IMG/VR virus record: IMGVR_UViG_3300030606_000028 | Location: 1-36,270 of that record | Direction: 5' to 3' (one strand) | DNA from: a virus | Lineage: Duplodnaviria; Caudoviricetes | Length of the DNA: 36,270 nt | Shown: piece after piece, positions 33,979 to 36,270 of the stretch | How the letters are laid out: every line of letters starts with the position of its first letter | Position numbering within the stretch: the stretch's first letter is position 1 | Position numbers and translations under genes: made by a program | The notes under the pieces: model-generated | The model's database searches: none | What the model was told of the DNA's origin: nothing | Seen by the model: the letters and a program-made list of their open reading frames with translations, nothing else

Positions 33979-34626
33979 TTAAAATGGAATTTCGAGCACC
34001 CGATACGCGCCGGTCGCCTGGCACACTTCGCACGGCTGCGCTACGATGCGCCCGGTTGCCTCGACCACGAACCCGAGAAACGCCTTGCCCTCGCAAAGCG
34101 GGCATGGCTCATACGGGTCGAGCGCCTGGCTGCCGATGGCGGCAATGATGTGCTTGCAGCACGGGCCGCCGTGATCCTCGATCCAAGGCGCGTAGGATCG
34201 ACGGTCCAGATGCCAGCGGTAGTAAGCCTGGCCGTTGTGCCAATCCTGGCACATACAGACCCAGCCACTTGGATATTTGGCGACCGTGTAACTGCCGCCT
34301 GGCTCGGATTGGCTCTGAACCTCGAAATGCTCCAGGTGGAGCAGCTTGACGGCGCCCTCGCGCATCAGGTGGCCGGCTCTGATGGCCCGGTCCATGATCT
34401 TGGGATTGTCCTGGTGCTCAGCCAGAAAGCCGGTGAGCCACTGGAATATCTCCGGGCTCTGGGTCAGATCTGCCAGCAGCGCGGCGCGTTTGCCCTCGAT
34501 GCCGGGGGGGAACACTTCGATGTCCCCAATGATCATGGCCGTCTCGTAGGTTTCGGTCTCAGGCCAGGTTTCCCAAACCCGAGCGCTTTTGTTGTATTTT
34601 ACATTGGATTGTGATAAGATGCTCAT
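33979..34626 (-). CDS. SWIM zinc-finger protein
   Basis: VQSQSEPGGSYTV...CMCQD...CKHIIA plus a CxxCxG pair; ATG at 34626 with GGAGG. Confidence 0.75.
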   Translation of the reverse strand: MSILSQSNVKYNKSARVWETWPETETYETAMIIGDIEVFPPGIEGKRAALLADLTQSPEIFQWLTGFLAEHQDNPKIMDRAIRAGHLMREGAVKLLHLEHFEVQSQSEPGGSYTVAKYPSGWVCMCQDWHNGQAYYRWHLDRRSYAPWIEDHGGPCCKHIIAAIGSQALDPYEPCPLCEGKAFLGFVVEATGRIVAQPCEVCQATGAYRVLEIPF

Positions 34627-34691
34627 TGCTAAAATCCCTCCCAGGATTTGGCTGGCCAGCCCGGCGTTGTGGCGCCGGGGCTGGCCTTTTT

Positions 34692-34937
34692 TTATTTGCT
34701 CCAATTGATGATGGCCTGGCCTAATTTGATTCGGTTGGGGCTGTCCAGGGTCAGGTACAAGGAGAAGGGATTGCATTCCCTGGCGGCGAATTTGCCCCAG
34801 ACATGCATGCCCAGGGTCTCTCCAAAGATCCGCTGAAAATGCTCCGGCCGGGCTTCGGCCGCGAACGAGGCCATATTTTCCAAAAAGTCGGCCATAAAAA
34901 TCTCCTTCTCGTTTATCATTTCTTCCCATGTCCACAT
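34692..34937 (-). CDS. Hypothetical protein
   Basis: ATG at 34937 with AAGGAGG. Confidence 0.65.
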   Translation of the reverse strand: MWTWEEMINEKEIFMADFLENMASFAAEARPEHFQRIFGETLGMHVWGKFAARECNPFSLYLTLDSPNRIKLGQAIINWSK

Positions 34938-34999
34938 AATTTTCCTCCTTGTGACTCGCCCCTCCAACCCCCCAAAGTGGGGAGGGAGGGGCGAGATGA

Positions 35000-35221
35000 T
35001 TAGATCCCGCTGCCATCCTCATTCAACAGCGACCCGTCAATCTCTTGATAGATGCCGTCTGGATGGCAGATCATGATGCCGGTGATGCGGCGGGCCGGGC
35101 TGCCGGGCGCCGGCGGGCCAACAATGTGGTCCGTGATCTGGCATTTCTGCCATTCTACGAGTTGTGGATGTGGAGCCAGAATTTCGGCCCCGATGGGATA
35201 ATTTCTTTCGACCCAGTTCAT
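35000..35221 (-). CDS. Hypothetical protein
   Basis: 73 aa; AAGGAG SD. Confidence 0.6.
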   Translation of the reverse strand: MNWVERNYPIGAEILAPHPQLVEWQKCQITDHIVGPPAPGSPARRITGIMICHPDGIYQEIDGSLLNEDGSGI

Positions 35222-35430
35222 TTTGTCTCCTTTCCTGCGTCGTAGCCATTAGCATAGCTATCCGCGACCTGCCTGGCTCGGCTCTGGTACTCTGCCGTTT
35301 CCATGTCGTCGGTGGTGGCTTCCAGCACCAGATCGGCGATGTCCGCCATATCCGGTCCGTCGTAGCCATTCGTGGCGTCGTTGAAGCCGCGATCGTAAGC
35401 CTTCCTTAATATCTCCTTCAAATCCTTCAT
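35218..35430 (-). CDS. Hypothetical protein
   Basis: 70 aa; AAAGGA SD. Confidence 0.65.
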   Translation of the reverse strand: MKDLKEILRKAYDRGFNDATNGYDGPDMADIADLVLEATTDDMETAEYQSRARQVADSYANGYDAGKETK

Positions 35431-35849
35431 AATCCTGTTCCTTTCATTATAGATGATATTGATTTTTCCTTCCGGGTGACTGGCCTTCCCGCGAGGAGAA
35501 CAAGTCCATCCTCGCCCGAGTGCGTCCTACCCTCCCGATCTATTCTGTTTTTTTGTTACTCTGCCCATTACCCCCCTCCGTGGAGAGGAGCAACAGGCAG
35601 GGCCTAACCGGTTAGCGTCTACTGGCTGGTTTTTCTCAGTCTTTTTTGACGGGAAAGCTTCACAAAAACACAGCAAAAAAGATCATCGTAAACCCGGGGG
35701 TAGCGCGGCTCATCAGCGCCGCCAGGCTGCCCTCTCGGTTTTTTTATCCCTGGGCCGTGAGTGGGGTATCCAGGTCGCTCGACCTTGCTTCCCCCCAGGC
35801 TATCCGGATTCCCCTGGGGGTTGGCTTGGCTCTGCTTAGCTACGTCTCC

Positions 35850-35904
35850 ATTATAGTACAAATCGTACTACGTTGCTGTACGTTTGCCCTACGCTCAGCC
35901 TACG
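35850..35904 (-). promoter_or_regulatory. Promoter of the accessory operon with operator-like motif, copy 3
   Basis: TATAAT at 35855-35850; TACG at 35869, 35879, 35890 and 35901; the 18-mer is identical to 2967-2984. Confidence 0.6.
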
Positions 35905-36079
35905 CTCTACAGCGGATTTGGAATATAGCGGATGCCGGGCCTCCGGCCCGGCGAAAGTCCCCCTTGGGGGGGAAGGGGGGGAATCTCCCCCCTGGGGGGG
36001 TTGGGGGGGGAGCCCTTATCGATCGATTGAAAGGCGACGGGGCCGAGGGGGCAACAGTGGCCGGGCCGAAGGCCCGGAT

Positions 36080-36270
36080 CAGAGAGGGCGCCCCTGGCTC
36101 TGGGGGATGGAGCCGGGGAGGTGGGCCAGCGCGAGCTGAAAGCTCGCGGCAGGGAGGGCGCCCCTGGCTCTGGGGGATGGGGCCGGGGAGGTGGGCCAGC
36201 GCGAGCTGAAAGCTCGCGGCAGAGAGGGCGCCCCTGGCTCTGGGGATGGAGCCGGGGGGTGGGCCAGCGC
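36080..36270. repeat. Continuation of the terminal tandem array; 36131-36270 matches 1-140 with one mismatch
   Basis: Direct comparison of the two ends. Confidence 0.95.

Larger units (their letters stand above)
1..36270. mobile_element. Probably complete circular temperate phage / phage-plasmid
   Basis: Terminase, portal, capsid, fibre, integrase with attP, ParA and Rep; overlapping ends; no host housekeeping genes. Confidence 0.88.

Noticed and set aside
35700-35730. Hammerhead ribozyme (CTGATGAG on the minus strand)
   Set aside because: No stem II followed by GAAA at the required position.
35646-36209. 187-aa plus-strand ORF
   Set aside because: Runs through a promoter, REP-like elements and the tandem array; no recognisable protein features.

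Overview
The window looks like a complete ~36 kb circular temperate phage or phage-plasmid. Its two ends overlap in a ~69-bp tandem repeat array. The host is probably Chloroflexota (inferred from GAAC-N4-GTTC LexA boxes, heptamer and REP-like repeats, and a Csx15-like gene). It carries a leftward early/maintenance block (HTH, ParB-like, RHH + ParA, Zn-finger, DEDDh exonuclease, Csx15-like, replication initiator) and a tyrosine integrase next to a tRNA(CAT) 3' half (probable attP). An RHH repressor switch and a cluster of three candidate sRNAs follow. A rightward morphogenesis block encodes terminases, a stand-alone LexA DNA-binding domain, portal, protease/capsid fusion, LamG, tail protein and an HxH-repeat fibre. 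A leftward accessory block encodes SprT-like, DdrB-like and SWIM proteins. The standout feature is a complete minus-strand transcription unit at 354-1600 (extended -10 promoter, three translationally coupled GTG-start genes, intrinsic terminator) whose mRNA is almost free of adenine. By manual count there are only 11 A in ~1200 nt, and two of the three genes contain A only where a TAG stop lies. All protein assignments come from motif recognition by eye; no searches were run.
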